Assembly (NCBI RefSeq): GCF_032444005.1
Contig: NW_027193546.1
Location: 558,001 to 622,000, forward strand
From: Ranitomeya imitator
Taxonomy: Eukaryota
Direction: 5' to 3'
DNA length: 64,000 nucleotides
The translations under genes and the position numbers were made by a program. The notes beneath the pieces were generated by a model. That model saw only the letters and a program-made list of their open reading frames with translations, ran no database searches and was not told the DNA's origin. Positions 36,744 through 52,191 of this stretch are shown piece after piece. Position 1 is the first letter of the stretch, and each line of letters opens with the position of its first letter.

Positions 36744-37501
36744 TCAGTACAAGTAAGAAGAATAATGATCCTGCGCCTCCAAGAGCGGCGGAATTTATAG
36801 CCCGGCCATGCAGATGAGCACTGCTGTCAGACCGCCGTTCTATTGGGTGATGAAGTCATGTGACCAACAAGAACGTTAGACCACTGCAGCTGATTGGTGG
36901 TTTCCCAAATCATTGCTTCATCTTTGCAGCGGGGATGCTGTATAGCGATGTAAAACCCTGTATAATGCTCTATACATCTAAATAGTGCTGTGAAGCTCCA
37001 TATACCGCAGTGCACCCTCATATAGCGCTGTATGTGTTCATGTTCTATTTACCCTTCATAGTGCTGTTATTCATCTGAATAGTGCAGAGTACCCCCATAT
37101 ACTGCAACCTACTGACAAATGACTGTGCCACATTATGCAGGCAGTTACAGTACAGCGCCCGACATGTTACACTCCGTATAGTGCAGTAATATCTCCAGAT
37201 GGTGCTGGAAACCCCAGCTAGTCAGCTGTGCCAGGACTGCAAACCCTGTGAATTCAGTGAGATGTTTCGGTAGTAGCCGCACCCAGTTTTCTAGGAAGAG
37301 CCGGCTTCCCTCAGGAGCTGTGTCCCCTGTATAAACTGCACTTATCCCTCCTGTGTGTGATCTCAGTAACATGAAGCCGGATCAGTCACTTCAGCCACGA
37401 ATCTCTGCTCTGTGGTGACCGCAGTACAGTGGAGCACGGATCGTGTATAGTGACCTCTATATACCGCCTGGTGCAGTGTGAACCATCAGTGTGATCAGCG
37501 G

Positions 37502-37632
37502 TGCGGCTCTTAGGAGGAGGATGTGGGGGCTCTTAGAAGAGCCTTTGAGTGTGTGGACAGATGTGGAGGAGCGGAGTTTACAGTCCTGGCACAGCAGACT
37601 AGCCGCTTCCTGGATCTACGAGGAAACGGCCA
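37502..37632 (-). pseudogene. Decayed H2B 3' fragment with stem-loop, unit 2 copy
   Basis: Matches 5460-5590. Confidence 0.6.
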
Positions 37633-39198
37633 TTATCTGTCCCAATCACTGCACAAAGTCCTCCTTCAATAAGGGCTAATTTCCAGCTATCTGCAGATTA
37701 TTCCGAGGCTGAGTTCTGCGAGCGACACTCAATTTGCACTGACAGTCTGGCGGGTGAGGGGTCAATCCCTGTCAGTGTTTCTCCTCCGCTCCATCTGCAC
37801 AGGAGGCGGCTCCTCACTCACCCGCGTATTATCCTGTGCAGATCCCCTGTGGTGTCCGCGCTGATCCTATCACAGCCTGACTGAGACAAGTCTCCTATGT
37901 TCTGCCCGGAGCCTGATGTGACGCTGCCGGGTCTCGGGTGGGGGAAGTCGCCGCTTCTATAAAGCGAGTGAGTAGTGGGGGTCAGCACACACGGACACTA
38001 AGGAGTTAATGGGGGCGGATGTTCCTGTATCTGGGATTGGTCGGCGCCTGTGGATGTATCTCGCTCATTGGCTGATTACAGATCCGTTGCTGGTTTTGAA
38101 TTTCCCGCTCAATCGCTTTTCTTTGTCCGTCGGATTATTACCGGCCCCTCTGCTGGAGCGGCGATCGCTGTGTATACCGGTGGGAGCAGCTCTACCCCGC
38201 TGATAATACCGGGTCCTGTCCTCCCAACTGTCTGCCCCCAAACACGGGGATCAGTCGCCATTATTATTCTGAGGAGGTTATAATAGTCTTCAGAGGCGAC
38301 ATCCATCCGACACATTAGTGTCCAGGACTTGGTCATCACACAGGAGCCTCCGTACCCGGTACACAGGGCGTCCATCTATCCAGCTGCCTCTTACAGCCAC
38401 ATTCCCTGTACACGGATCTGATCAGGAAATTATCACTGCGGCCCAGTGCGGATATATATCCCCCATGAATCCATGTTATCTTTGTAGGTCAATGAGAAGA
38501 AACCGCATCACCCGAAGTCCGCGGTGAAAGACGGGGGAGCAGACACGGCCCCAGTATGTCAGGACCCGGGAGCATACAACTAGCACGTCCCAGGCTGAGG
38601 CCGGTACTACAGGCAGCCGCACAGGGGATATTTTGCCCTGCAGAGACGCTGAGCCGGATACTAATCAATCAGCGCCCAATAAGAACAGGATCTTAAATGT
38701 CTAGACAGAATATTAACCTACATTTGGAAACCGCCCGGAACACCCCCTGATTAGAGCTGTAGAGAGATCTGCTTCCAATAAGCCTTTCCACGTCAGGATA
38801 TCCTTCGGAAACTGAATGTGTGGGAATATGGTTAAAGAGACCCTACTCCCAGATCATACACACACGGAATCCGTCGGGTACAAAACAGGATTTGCAAATA
38901 GGTCTCACAACCAAAAGCAGCGACAGAACCATCCGCCCAAAAACGGCATCAGAGGACGTTACCGAACTGCGGATCAGGGTCAGAATTACCATTCCCCACA
39001 ATTATTTGGCCGATGGAAGTTTTCGACTATTCAGTATTCGGAGCGTAAATTCGGCACCGATGAGTGTTCTACTAACATTACAGCGACATCACCACAGCAG
39101 AGAAATGAGATCCTAGCAGTCAGGTGCAGCCTCTCACTTAGAAGATGTGGGTGGCTCTGAAAAGAGCCTTTGGGTTGTGAAGACAGAAGAGAACACAA

Positions 39199-39519
<321 letters not shown>

Positions 39520-40028
39520 TTAATGAGCAAAAACTGATTCCTGAGCCTCAGGGACTGCACCTTTATATGGAGGGAGAATGGACCAGAGAGAGAACTGCAG
39601 AGATGACGCACTTCCGGGACGGGGCTTACAGAATCTACATTAGCTCCTCCCTTTCTCTGCTGATTGGCTAAATACTAAACTGTAGGGAAGTTTGATTTTC
39701 CCGCTCATTGCTCAGTTTCTGCAATTATCTTTCCAGCTTCTATTATGTGTAATTTCCTTCCCTTATGATTGAGGGTATCCTAAATATTGTCATTACTGTT
39801 CCAGATCATGGTGGATCATATCTTCCACAACAGATGATGCCCCCAGTTACCCTCCACACAGTATGATGCCTCCTACACAGTAAGATACCCACACAGCAGG
39901 ATGTCCCCACAGTTACTGTGTGGGGGTATAATACCCCCAGTAACTCCCCAAACAGTATGATGCCCTAAGTCCCCCCCACACACACACACACACACACTTT
40001 GATGCACCCACAGTTATCCCCTATACAA

Positions 40029-40545
40029 TGTAACATAGTAACATAGTTAGTAAGGCCGAAAAAATACATTTGTCCTTCCAGTTCAGCCTATATTCCATCA
40101 TAATAAATCCCCAGATCTACGTCCTTCTACAGAACCTAATAATTGTATGATACAATATTGTTCTGCTCCAGGAAGACATCCAGGCCTCTCTTGAACCCCT
40201 CGACTGAGTTCGCCATCACCACCTCCTCAGGCAAGCAATTCCAGATTCTCACTGCCCTAACAGTAAAGAATCCTCTTCTATGTTGGTGGAAAAACCTTCT
40301 CTCTTCCAGACGCAAAGAATGCCCCCTTGTGCCCGTCACCTTCCTTGGTATAAACAGATCCTCAGCGAGATATTTGTATTGTCCCCTTATATACTTATAC
40401 ATGGTTATTAGATCGCCCCGTCTTTTTTCTAGACTAAATAATCCTAATTTCGCTAACCTATCTGGGTATTGTAGTTCTCCCATTCCCTTTATTAATTTTG
40501 TTGGCCTCCTTTGTACTCTCTCTAGTTCCATTATATCCTTCCTGT
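40029..40545 (-). mobile_element. CR1 LINE 3' fragment, unit 2 copy
   Basis: Matches 8001-8517. Confidence 0.9.
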
Positions 40546-42171
40546 GGATGTGATACCCCCAGAGCGTCCCAACCTCAGCGTAATGCAATGATAGACATTT
40601 GTTCATTTTCTGATGAAGAACTTCCATAAATGGAAATTTGGAAGGACGAAAGAAGCAAGTGAAATTAGAAGAGATTTCCCATCACTTAATCACCAGATGA
40701 TGGTACTTCATTTATGCCGTTACCTCATGTACCAATTACAACCCAGAAAGACATTTTTATGCATTTTTTTTTATATAAAATATCATGCTTTAATGCAAAA
40801 TTACAGGAACCTGCTCATAATTGTAAAGTACAAATTAGTTTGTTGGTGTTTTTTTTTAATTCATTGCTTTAATGTAAAAACTGTACAGGCAGCAAGAGGG
40901 TTAAACACCAGTGTAACTGAAAAATAATCCTTACTACATCGCCCTCTATAGTGCCAGAGGCATTTACCTTATACATTCGAGTATAATCTGAGATTTGCAG
41001 CCATTTTTTTTAGGCTGAAAGTGCCCCTCTCGTCTTATACTGGAGTCATTGTACCAGGGGGTCGGCGGCTGGCACATCATACTCACCTCATACTGGCGCG
41101 GTCTCTGCTTCTCAGATAGTCTCTGGCGCCTGCATCTCTTCCTGTAATGAGTGGTACCACGTGACCACTAAACAAAGTAATGAATACATACGTGGCTCCA
41201 CTCCCACAGGCGTGGAGCGCATATTCATTACTTTAATGAGCGGTACCATGACGAACACAGGAACAAGTTGCCGGCACCAGAGACCATCGGAGAAGCAGGG
41301 ACTTGCAGAGACGCTGCCAGGAGGGTGAGTATGACGGGGGAGGGTGAGCCATGCATATTCACCTGTTCCGACGCGTATCCGGGGGAGATTGCTAGTAGAA
41401 ATTTTGCAATTAGCTCCTATCTCCTCCCTTTCGTCTGATTGGTTGAGCACAGAACGGTTGGAGATTTTGAATTTTCCACTTATTGTGCTCTTCTTTTCCC
41501 GCTTCTCTATTCTTCTCATCTCAGCGTCGCTTAGATCTGTTGGTTATTTTGATTTTTACTTCCATTGTAGTTTCGGTTGTTATTTTCCAGCTTGTTATAA
41601 AGTAGAATAAAAAATACATTTTAAGGACACTGATCTACAGATAACTCATCTGATCCCCGGCAGTCACTCATCATTACACGTGGTGCCCGACTGGTGGCCA
41701 TTACCGGTCACTGCAGAGCAGGGAGCTGTATGTAACCAGACCCCCGGCGGCACCAGCCACAGATAAGATGAGAAAACTCAAATATATGATAATTACAACC
41801 TAAAGCCGCAAGACTGCAGAGGCGGCACTAGGACCCCATTTACGTCTGCGCTGTACAGAAACCGCGCCTCCACCACCAAAGACCCGGGCTGTGCACAGCG
41901 CACACTTTACCCTGTCCTTATAAAACGTCAGTCATGTAATTGATGTCGCACTTTTGGACTTGGTGAGAATAAAGGATGCGCGGAGCGGTAACTGGAATAT
42001 CGCGGATCACCTACAATATCGGACACAGCAGCCGGCTATTACCTTTCCTGACCGCGCTCCGTATATGGAGAATACGCGCAGAAGAGAGACCGTTCAGGAC
42101 TCGGCTCATTTGTGGGAGGATTTGGTGGCTCTGAAAAGAGCCTTTGTGTTGTGGTCGCAGCCGGGGCAGAT

Positions 42172-42756
<585 letters not shown>

Positions 42757-42988
42757 TTATTCCCGCCCAGTAACCCCGCCCCCTGAAGTCCCCGCCTCTT
42801 CCGTGATGCGTCTGTCCTCAGATCACTCATTTGCCGCTGCTGGAGCAGCTGATGTATCTGCGTTGAAATGTCCCCGTGTATAGCGCTGTACAGTGCAGCT
42901 CCCGCATTATCGTCAGATCACACCAACCCCCCATCCTGAGACTGCGCCCAGCATCAGTTATATTAAAAACATTACAAGTAGGAAAACT

Positions 42989-45900
42989 GATCATACAGCT
43001 CTGCGGGGAGGAGGTGGTGGCACTGATCATACAGCTCTGCGGGGGAGAAGGTGGTGGCACTGATCATACAGCTCTGCGGGGTGGAGGTGATTTCTCTGAT
43101 CATACAGCTCTGCAGGGAGGAGTAGGTGGTGGCACTGATGATACAGCTCTGCGGGGAGGAGGTGGTGGCACTGATCATACAGCTCTGCGGGGAGGAGGAG
43201 GTGGCACTGATCATACAGCTCTGCGGGGAGGAGGTGGTGGCACTGATCATACAGCTCTGCGGGGAGGAGGTGGTGGCACTGATCATACAGCTCTGCGGGG
43301 AGGAGGTGGTGGCACTGATCGTACAGCTCTGCGGGGAGGAGGTGGTGGCACTGATCATACAGCTCTGCAGGGAGGAGGTGGTGGCACTGATCATACAGCT
43401 CTGCGGGGAGAAGGTGTTGGCACTGATCATACAGCTCTCCGGGGAGGAGGTGATTTCTCTGATCATACAGCTCTGCAGGGAGGAGGAGGTTATGGCTCTG
43501 ATCATACAGGTCTGAGGGGAGTAGGTGGTGGCTCTGATCATACAGCTCTGCGGGGAGAGGGTGGTGGCACTGATCATACAGCTCTGCGGGGAGGAGGTGA
43601 TGGCTCTGATCCTACAGCTCTGCGGGGAGAATGTGGTGGCTCTGATCATACAGCTCTGCAGGGAGGAGGTGGTGGCACTGATCATACAGCTCTGCGGGGA
43701 GGAGGTGGTGGCACTGATCATACAGCTCTGCGGGGAGGAGGTGGTGGCACTGATCATACAGCTCTGCGGGGAGGAGGTGGTGGCACTGATCATACAGCTC
43801 TGCGGGGAGGAGGTGATTTCTCTGATCATACAGCTCTGCAGGGAGGAGGTGGTGGCTCTGATCATACAGCTCTGCGGGGAGGAGGTGGTGGCTCTGATCA
43901 TACAGCTCTGCGGGGAGGAGGTGGTGGTACTGATCATACAGCTGTGCGGGGAGGAGGTGATTTCTCTGATCATACAGCTCTGCAGGGAGGAGGTGGTGGC
44001 TCTGATCATACAGCTCTGCGGGGAGGAGGTGGTGGCTCTGATCATACAGCTCTGCGGGGAGGAGGAGGTGGCACTGATCATACAGCTCTGCGGGGAGGAG
44101 GTGGTGGCACTGATCATACAGCTCTGCGGGGAGGAGGTGGTGGCACTGATCATACAGCTCTGCGGGGAGGAGGTGGTGGCACTGATCATACAGCTCTGCG
44201 GGGAGGAGGAGCTGGCTCTGATCATACAGCTCTGCGGGGTGGAGGTGATTTCTCTGATCATACAGCTCTGCGGGGAGGAGGAGGTGGCACTGATCATACA
44301 GCTCTGCGGGGAGGAGGTGGTGGCACTGATCATACAGCTCTGCGGGGAGGAGGTGGTGGCTCTGATCATGCTGCTCTGCGGGGAGGAGGTGGTGGTACTG
44401 ATCATACAGCTGTGCGGGGAGGAGGTGATTTCTCTGATCATACAGCTCTGCAGGGAGGAGGTGGTGGCTCTGATCATACAGCTCTGCGGGGAGGAGGTGG
44501 TGGCACTGATCATACAGCTCTGCGGGGAGGAGGTGGTGGCACTGATCATACAGCTCTGCGGGGAGGAGGTGGTGGCACTGATTATACAGCTCTGCGGGGA
44601 GAGGGTGGTGGCTCTGATCATACAGCTCTGCGGGGAGGAGGTGGTGGCTCTGATCATACAGCTCTGCGGGGTGGAGGTGATTTCTCTGATCATACAGCTC
44701 TGCGGGGTGGAGGTGGTGGCACTGATTATACAGCTCTGCGGGGAGGAAGTGGTGGCTCTGATCATACAGCTCTGCGGGGGAGAAGGTGGTGGCACTGATC
44801 ATACAGCTCTGCGGGGTGGAGGTGATTTCTCTGATCATACAGCTCTGCAGGGAGGAGTAGGTGGTGGCACTGATGATACAGCTCTGCGGGGAGGAGGTGG
44901 TGGCACTGATCATACAGCTCTGCGGGGTGGAGGTGATTTCTCTGATCATACAGCTCTGCGGGGAGGAGGAGGTGGCACTGATCATACAGCTCTGCGGGGA
45001 GGAGGTGGTGGCACTGATCATACAGCTCTGCGGGGAGGAGGTGGTGGCACTGATCATACAGCTCTGCGGGGAGGAGGTGGTGGCACTGATTATACAGCTC
45101 TGCGGGGAGAGGGTGGTGGCTCTGGTCATACAGCTCTGCGGGGAGGAGGTGGTGGCTCTGATCATACAGCTCTGCGGGGTGGAGGTGATTTCTCTGATCA
45201 TACAGCTCTGCGGGGTGGAGGTGGTGGCACTGATTATACAGCTCTGCGGGGAGGAAGTGGTGGCTCTGATCATACAGCTCTGCGGGGGAGAAGGTGGTGG
45301 CACTGATCATACAGCTCTGCGGGGTGGAGGTGGTGGCACTGATCATACAGCTCTGCGGGGAGGAGGTGATTTCTCTGATCATACAGCTCTGCAGGGAGGA
45401 GTAGGTGGTGGCACTGATGATACAGCTCTGCGGGGAGGAGGTGGTGGCACTGATCATACAGCTCTGCGGGGTGGAGGTGATTTCTCTGATCATACAGCTC
45501 TGCAGGGAGGAGTAGGTGGTGGCACTGATGATACAGCTCTGCGGGGAGGAGGTGGTGGCACTGATCATACAGCTCTGCGGGGAGGAGGTGGTGGCACTGA
45601 TCATACAGCTCTGCGGGGAGGAGGAGGTGGCACTGATCATACAGCTCTGCGGGGAGGAGGTGGTGGCACTGATCATACAGCTCTGCAGGGAGGAGGTGGT
45701 GGCACTGATCATACAGCTCTGCGGGGAGAAGGTGTTGGCACTGATCATACAGCTCTCCGGGGAGGAGGTGATTTCTCTGATCATACAGCTCTGCAGGGAG
45801 GAGGAGGTTATGGCTCTGATCATACAGGTCTGAGGGGAGTAGGTGGTGGCTCTGATCATACAGCTCTGCGGGGAGAGGGTGGTGGCACTGATCATACAGC

Positions 45901-48124
45901 TCTGCGGGGAGGAGGTGATGGCTCTGATCCTACAACTCTGCGGGGAGAATGTGGTGGCTCTGATCATACAGCTCTGCGGGGAGAAGGTGGTGGCACTGAT
46001 CATACGGCTCTCCGGGGAGGAGGTGATTTCTCTGATCATACAGCTCTGCAGGGAGGAGGTGGTGGCTCTGATCATACAGCTCTGCGGAGAGGAGGTGGTG
46101 GCTCTGATCATGCAGCTCTGCGGGGAGGAGGTGGTGGCACTGATCATACAGCTCTGCGGGGAGGAGGTGGTGGTACTGATCATACAGCTCTGCGGGGAGG
46201 AGGTGGTGGCTCTGATCATACAGCTCTGCGGGGAGGAGGTGGTGGTACTGATCATACAGCTGTGCGGGGAGGAGGTGATTTCTCTGATCATACAGCTCTG
46301 CAGGGAGGAGGTGGTGTCTCTGATCATACAGCTCTGCGGGGAGGAGGTGGTGGCTCTGATCATACAGCTCTGCGGGGAGGAGGAGGTGGCACTGATCATA
46401 CAGCTCTGCGGGGAGGAGGTGGTGGTACTGATCATACAGCTGTGCGGGGAGGAGGTGATTTCTCTGATCATACAGCTCTGCAGGGAGGAGGTGGTGTCTC
46501 TGATCATACAGCTCTGCGGGGAGGAGGTGGTGGCTCTGATCATACAGCTCTGCGGGGAGGAGGAGGTGGCACTGATCATACAGCTCTGCGGGGAGGAGGT
46601 GGTGGCACTGATCATACAGCTCTGCGGGGAGGAGGAGGTGGCTCTGATCATACAGCTCTGCGGGGAGGAGGTGGTGGCACTGATCATACAGCTCTGCGGG
46701 GAGGAGGTGGTGGCACTGATCATACAGCTCTGCAGGGAGGAGGTGGTGGCACTGATCATACAGCTCTGCGGGGAGAAGGTGTTGGCACTGATCATACAGC
46801 TCTCCGGGGAGGAGGTGATTTCTCTGATCATACAGCTCTGCAGGGAGGAGGAGGTTATGGCTCTGATCATACAGGTCTGAGGGGAGTAGGTGGTGGCTCT
46901 GATCATACAGCTCTGCGGGGAGAGGGTGGTGGCACTGATCATACAGCTCTGCGGGGAGGAGGTGATGGCTCTGATCCTACAGCTCTGCGGGGAGAATGTG
47001 GTGGCTCTGATCATACAGCTCTGCGGGGAGAAGGTGGTGGCACTGATCATACGGCTCTCCGGGGAGGAGGTGATTTCTCTGATCATACAGCTCTGCAGGG
47101 AGGAGGTGGTGGCTCTGATCATACAGCTCTGCGGAGAGGAGGTGGTGGCTCTGATCATGCAGCTCTGCGGGGAGGAGGTGGTGGCACTGATCATACAGCT
47201 CTGCGGGGAGGAGGTGGTGGTACTGATCATACAGCTCTGCGGGGAGGAGGTGGTGGCTCTGATCATACAGCTCTGCGGGGAGGAGGTGGTGGTACTGATC
47301 ATACAGCTGTGCGGGGAGGAGGTGATTTCTCTGATCATACAGCTCTGCGGGGAGGAGGAGGTGGCACTGATCATACAGCTCTGCGGGGAGGAGGTGGTGG
47401 CACTGATCATACAGCTCTGCGGGGAGGAGGTGGTGGCACTGATCATACAGCTCTGCGGGGAGGAGGTGGTGGCACTGATCATACAGCTCTGCGGGGAGGA
47501 GGAGGTGGCACTGATCATACAGCTCTGCGGGGAGGAGGTGGTGGCACTGATCATACAGCTCTGCGGGGAGGAGGTGGTGGCACTGATCATACAGCTCTGC
47601 GGGGAGTGGGTGATGGCACTGATCATACAGCTCTGCGGGGAGGAGGTGGTGGCACTGATCATACAGCTCTGCGGGGAGGAGGTGGTGGCACTGATCATAC
47701 AGCTCTGCGGGGAGGAGGTGGTGGCACTGATCATACAGCTCTGCGGGGAGGAGGTGGTGGCACTGATCATACAGCTCTGCGGGGAGAGGGTGGTGGCACT
47801 GATCATACAGCTCTGCGGGGAGGAAGTGGTGGCACTGATCATACAGCTCTGCGGGGAGGAGGTAGTGGCACTGATCATACAGCTCTGCGGGGAGGAGGTG
47901 GTGGCACTGATCATACAGCTCTGCGGGGAGGAGGTGGTGGCACTGATCATACAGCTCTGCGGGGAGGAGTTGGTGGCACTGATCATACAGCTCTGCGGGG
48001 AGGAGGTGGTGGCACTGATCATACAGCTCTGCGGGGAGGAGGTGGTGGCACTGATCATACAGCTCTGCGGGGAGGAGGTAGTGGCACTGATCATACAGCT
48101 CTGCGGGGAGGAGGTGGTGGCTCT
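42989..48124. repeat. 36-bp H1-3'-signal minisatellite, unit 2 (~142 copies)
   Basis: Same consensus, variants and boundaries as 10962-24103, but 5.1 kb long. Confidence 0.97.
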
Positions 48125-48162
48125 TATAAGAGCCTTTGTGGTAACAGAACAGGGGCTGCAGC

Positions 48163-48801
48163 TTATTTCTTAGCCGCGGGCTTCTTGGCTTTCGCAGCCT
48201 TCTTAGCCGGACTCTTGGCGGGTTTGGCCGCCTTCTTAGCCGGACTCTTCGTCACCTTCTTGGGCTTGGGAGCGGCTTTCGGCTTCTTGGGGCTCTTGGC
48301 CGCTTTCTTGGCCGCTGCGGGCTTCTTGGCCTTTTTCGGGCTCTTCTTGGCCGCAGTCGGAGCCTTCTTGGGCTTCTTCGGAGATTTGGCGGCTTTCTTG
48401 GCAGCAGCGGGTTTCTTAGGTTTGGCCGCAGCTGCTGGCTTCGTCTTGGCCACTTTGTCCTTCGTCTCCTGCTTCTTGTTCAGCTTGAAGGACCCGGAGG
48501 CGCCGCTGCCTTTCACCTGGAGGAGGGCGCCCTTGGTGACCAGAGCCTTGACGGCCAGCTTCAGGCGGCTGTTGTTCTTCTCTACATCGTATCCTCCAGC
48601 AGACAGAGCCTTCTTCAGGGCGGCCAGAGACACCCCGCTGCGCTCCTTGGAGGCGGACACGGCTTTCACGATCAGCTCGGAGACGCTGGGGCCGGAGGGT
48701 TTATTGCTCTTCTTGGCAGCAGATTTCTTCGGCTGCTTCTTGGATTTGGCGGCCGGTTCTGCGGGAGGGGGAGCGGCGGCTGGCGCGGTCTCTGCCATCA
48801 T
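48163..48801 (-). CDS. H1: Linker histone H1
   Basis: Protein identical to 24142-24780. Confidence 0.97.
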   Translation of the reverse strand: MMAETAPAAAPPPAEPAAKSKKQPKKSAAKKSNKPSGPSVSELIVKAVSASKERSGVSLAALKKALSAGGYDVEKNNSRLKLAVKALVTKGALLQVKGSGASGSFKLNKKQETKDKVAKTKPAAAAKPKKPAAAKKAAKSPKKPKKAPTAAKKSPKKAKKPAAAKKAAKSPKKPKAAPKPKKVTKSPAKKAAKPAKSPAKKAAKAKKPAAKK

Positions 48802-50700
48802 GTGCTGCTGACGCAAAATGAAAATATTTCCTGATAGGAAGGAAAACACTGAGGCCGGAGCTGGAGGCGCCTGTTATATGTACAGGCTTACTGCGCACTG
48901 ATTGGCTGCTGAGCAGCACCGTCCTGAGCTTCTATTGGCTGACACTGGACACAGGCCCCGCCCCCTCCCAGCTGAGTCCGAGTGAAGCTCCGCTCTCCCC
49001 TTGTGCTTCCCTGCCCGGGATAAAAGCCCTTTACCGGCTAACACCGGACAGCAGAGCGCGATTCCTCCGTCGCCTCCCCTTCTCCAACATCTCCACCGGC
49101 CATTTGTAGCCGTCACTAGCAGAGATGCCGGGAAAGAGCGGAGAGGAAATCCCGGGATCATCGCCGCCGTCCTCCCGATCTGCACCTCACTGTGTATCCG
49201 GGGAGATAAATCTGCTGCGGGAGCTCGTTCCTCCTATTCCCGGCTCCTGTCACCATCACAGGGATCTTTACTCCTATGTCTATCGCACAGGAAGCTGATT
49301 GTACGATGTGGGGACGAGCTGGAGCTGCTGACAACCCAGAAGGGTAACACAGGCGACGGCCTCCGCTGACTGCCACCTCCCTGACCTGTGGTGTCACTGT
49401 ACCCCGTATGTGCAGAGGATTGGGGGGACACGTGTTCCACACCAGTAGATGATCCACATCGGTGGCTGATTGCAATCACCTGCCTGATATCGTGTCTTAC
49501 CCAGTGTGAAGCTGTGACCGCTGCGGCCTGTCATGGTGCGAAGAGCTCTGATGAGGCGACAGCTGCACACTGCGACTCCCCAACCAAACACATAAACATC
49601 TCCGGGGAGAAAACTGAAATATTAATGGATTTATGTGACCCCCACTATTGTGTAAAAGGGGAATATTGGGAGAAAAGCGGAGACACAAAATCCAGCGTCT
49701 ACACAGAGAACACAGCTGTACATAGTTTATATAGTGCACAACATTACATCTGCACAGCCCAGATCAGCAGTGTAATAAGTGTCACTGATACTAGAGGAGA
49801 GGGTACAGTATATACAGCAGAGTGTACAGTATATACAGCAGAGTACACAGTATATAGAGCAGAGTGTACAGTATATACAGCAGTGTGCACAGTATATAGA
49901 GCCAGTGTGTACAGTACATACAGCAGTGTGTACAGTATATAGAGCAGTGTGTAAAGTATATACAGCAGTGTGTACAATTTATAGACCAGAGTGTACAGTA
50001 TATAGAGCAGTCTCCCCTCTCTTCTTCTTTCTCTCTCTCTCTCCCTCTTTCTTAATCTCTATTTCTCTCTCCTCTCTTTCATTATTTCCTTCTCTCCTTT
50101 CTCTCTTCGCTCTCCTCTCTTTCTTTCTCTCTTCTTTTTTCTCTAAATATTTCTCTCACTCTTACTCTTTCTTCCTTTCTATTTCTCTCTCTCCCTCTCT
50201 TTCCCTTGCTTTCTCTTTTTCTTACTTTATATCTATCTCTCTCCTTCTCTCTTTCTTTATCTCTCTTCTCTCTACTTCTCTCTCTCTCTCTTTATGTCTC
50301 TTTGTCTCTCTCTTTCTCCCTTTCTTTCTCTCTATCTCCTTCTTTCTCATTCTCTCTCTTTCACTTTATCTCTCTCTTTCTCTCTCTCAGGGAGAGATTA
50401 TCAATCCTTCATGTCAGCAGTGCACCTCTCCAAAATGAGGCAGATGTACTAGATTTTCTAGGCACCGCCATCTGCACGTGGGGTGCTGCTGTAATCCCTG
50501 TCATCATCCTCGTTTTTCCTCTCCACGTTTCCATATCCAGCCAAGTGATCGCTGGGCCCAGTATTCTCATCAGCATTGCCGATACTTCGAGCTGTAGCAA
50601 AGGAGAAGGCACAAGTGATGATAACCCGCCTCTATGTGCCCTCAAGTGTCTCCGCTGTGGTGCGGGATGATATGCTATGGAAGGTTAATAATCAATAATT

Positions 50701-51392
50701 GTGTCCTTCCTACAGGCTCTGGTGCCCCATGGAATGAAAGGTTTCCCCAGGAGGGCGGTGGTAAAGATGTTTAATGACTTGCTAAGGAATGGTCGCATGC
50801 AAAAACTCCAAGACTCGGACACCGTGCTGTCCCAGATTTTGGAGATGACGTGCAGTGACTTGGATTGGGAGGTGAAGGTGAACGCATTGGACCTGGCACA
50901 TTCCTATATGTCCCAAACATTGGAGATGGGACCGTCCCTAACGTGCCCTTACACTATAGGGCTGCCATCTAGCAGAAGCTCAGGTTCCATCTCCGACGCT
51001 CTGGTTACATGTGAATGAGTCGGGCTTTTTCCGGCCTTATTGACTTGTCTGTGTGACTGTGACCGGTCAGTGGCATCAAAGGCGTGTGAAATCCTGCTCG
51101 CTGTGAAGCCCAAACTGTACAATGGGGACACTGATCCCTCCGAAGAGTATGGAAGAGACTGGCTGGAGCACACGATAAAAGAGAAGCAAATGGCAGGCGG
51201 GGACGGTGCTGGGGCCGGCAGGGTCGCCCACCAGATTGGGCCACTGGTGTCATACAGAAGATGGATTTGGATAACATAAAATGTCCCCTTCCGAAAAACA
51301 GCGATCATGTACACGAAACTCCCCGGTCACTGCTGCAGGACGTCAAAGCAACCTTATGGGGGGAAGAAATGCACGATGCAGATTGCTACTGA
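50701..51392 (+). pseudogene. BRAT1: BRAT1 C-terminal fragment, copy A, unit 2
   Basis: Matches 26678-27369. Confidence 0.85.
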
Positions 51393-52191
51393 TGCGGAAG
51401 TTTATGGTACTTTTCTGCTGCAGATTTCACTGCGGAAATGCCTTTTGTGCTGTAATTTGTAGTGGATCCAACCTGTGTTTTTCTTTTTTTACTACAGTGC
51501 CCTACTGGGACCCAGAAGCCCTCCTGGCCATCCAACTGCTACTCAGGCGCCAATTTCTAAGAAAGATTTATCTCCTCTCTTTCTTTCTCTTTCTCTAAAT
51601 CTTTCTCTCACTCTTACCCTTTTCCCCTTTCTATTTCTCTCTCACCCTCTCTTTCTCTTGCTTTCTCTTTCTCTTTTTTCTCACTTTATCTCTATCTTTC
51701 TCTCTCCTTGTCTCTTTCTTCATCTCTATTTCTTCTCTCTCTACTTATCTCCCTCTTTCTTTCTCTTTGTCTTTATCTCTCTTTCTTTCTCCTTTGCTTT
51801 CTCTCTCTCTCTCTCCTTCTTTCTCATTCTCTCTCGTTCACTCTCTCTCTCTTTGTCTTTATCTCTCCTTCTCTCTCCCAGGGAGAGATGATCAATCCTT
51901 CATGTCAGCAGTGCACCTCTCCAAAATGAGGCAGATGTACTAGATTTTCCAGGCACCGCCATCTGTACGTGCGGTGCTGCTGTAATCCCTGTCATCATCC
52001 TCGTTTTTCCTCTCCACGTTTCCATATCCAGCCAAGTGATCGCTGGGCCCAGTATTCTCATCAGCATTGCCGATACTTCGAGCTATAGCTAAGGAGAAGG
52101 CACAAGTGATGATAACCCGCCTCTATGTGCCCTCAAGTGTCTCCGCTGTGGTGCGGGATGATATGCTATGGAAGGTTAATAATCAATAATT

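Noticed and set aside
48802-48849. N-terminal extension of H1 in unit 2 (228 aa)
   Set aside because: GTG start at or before the likely TSS. Unit 1 has an in-frame TAG in the same stretch.
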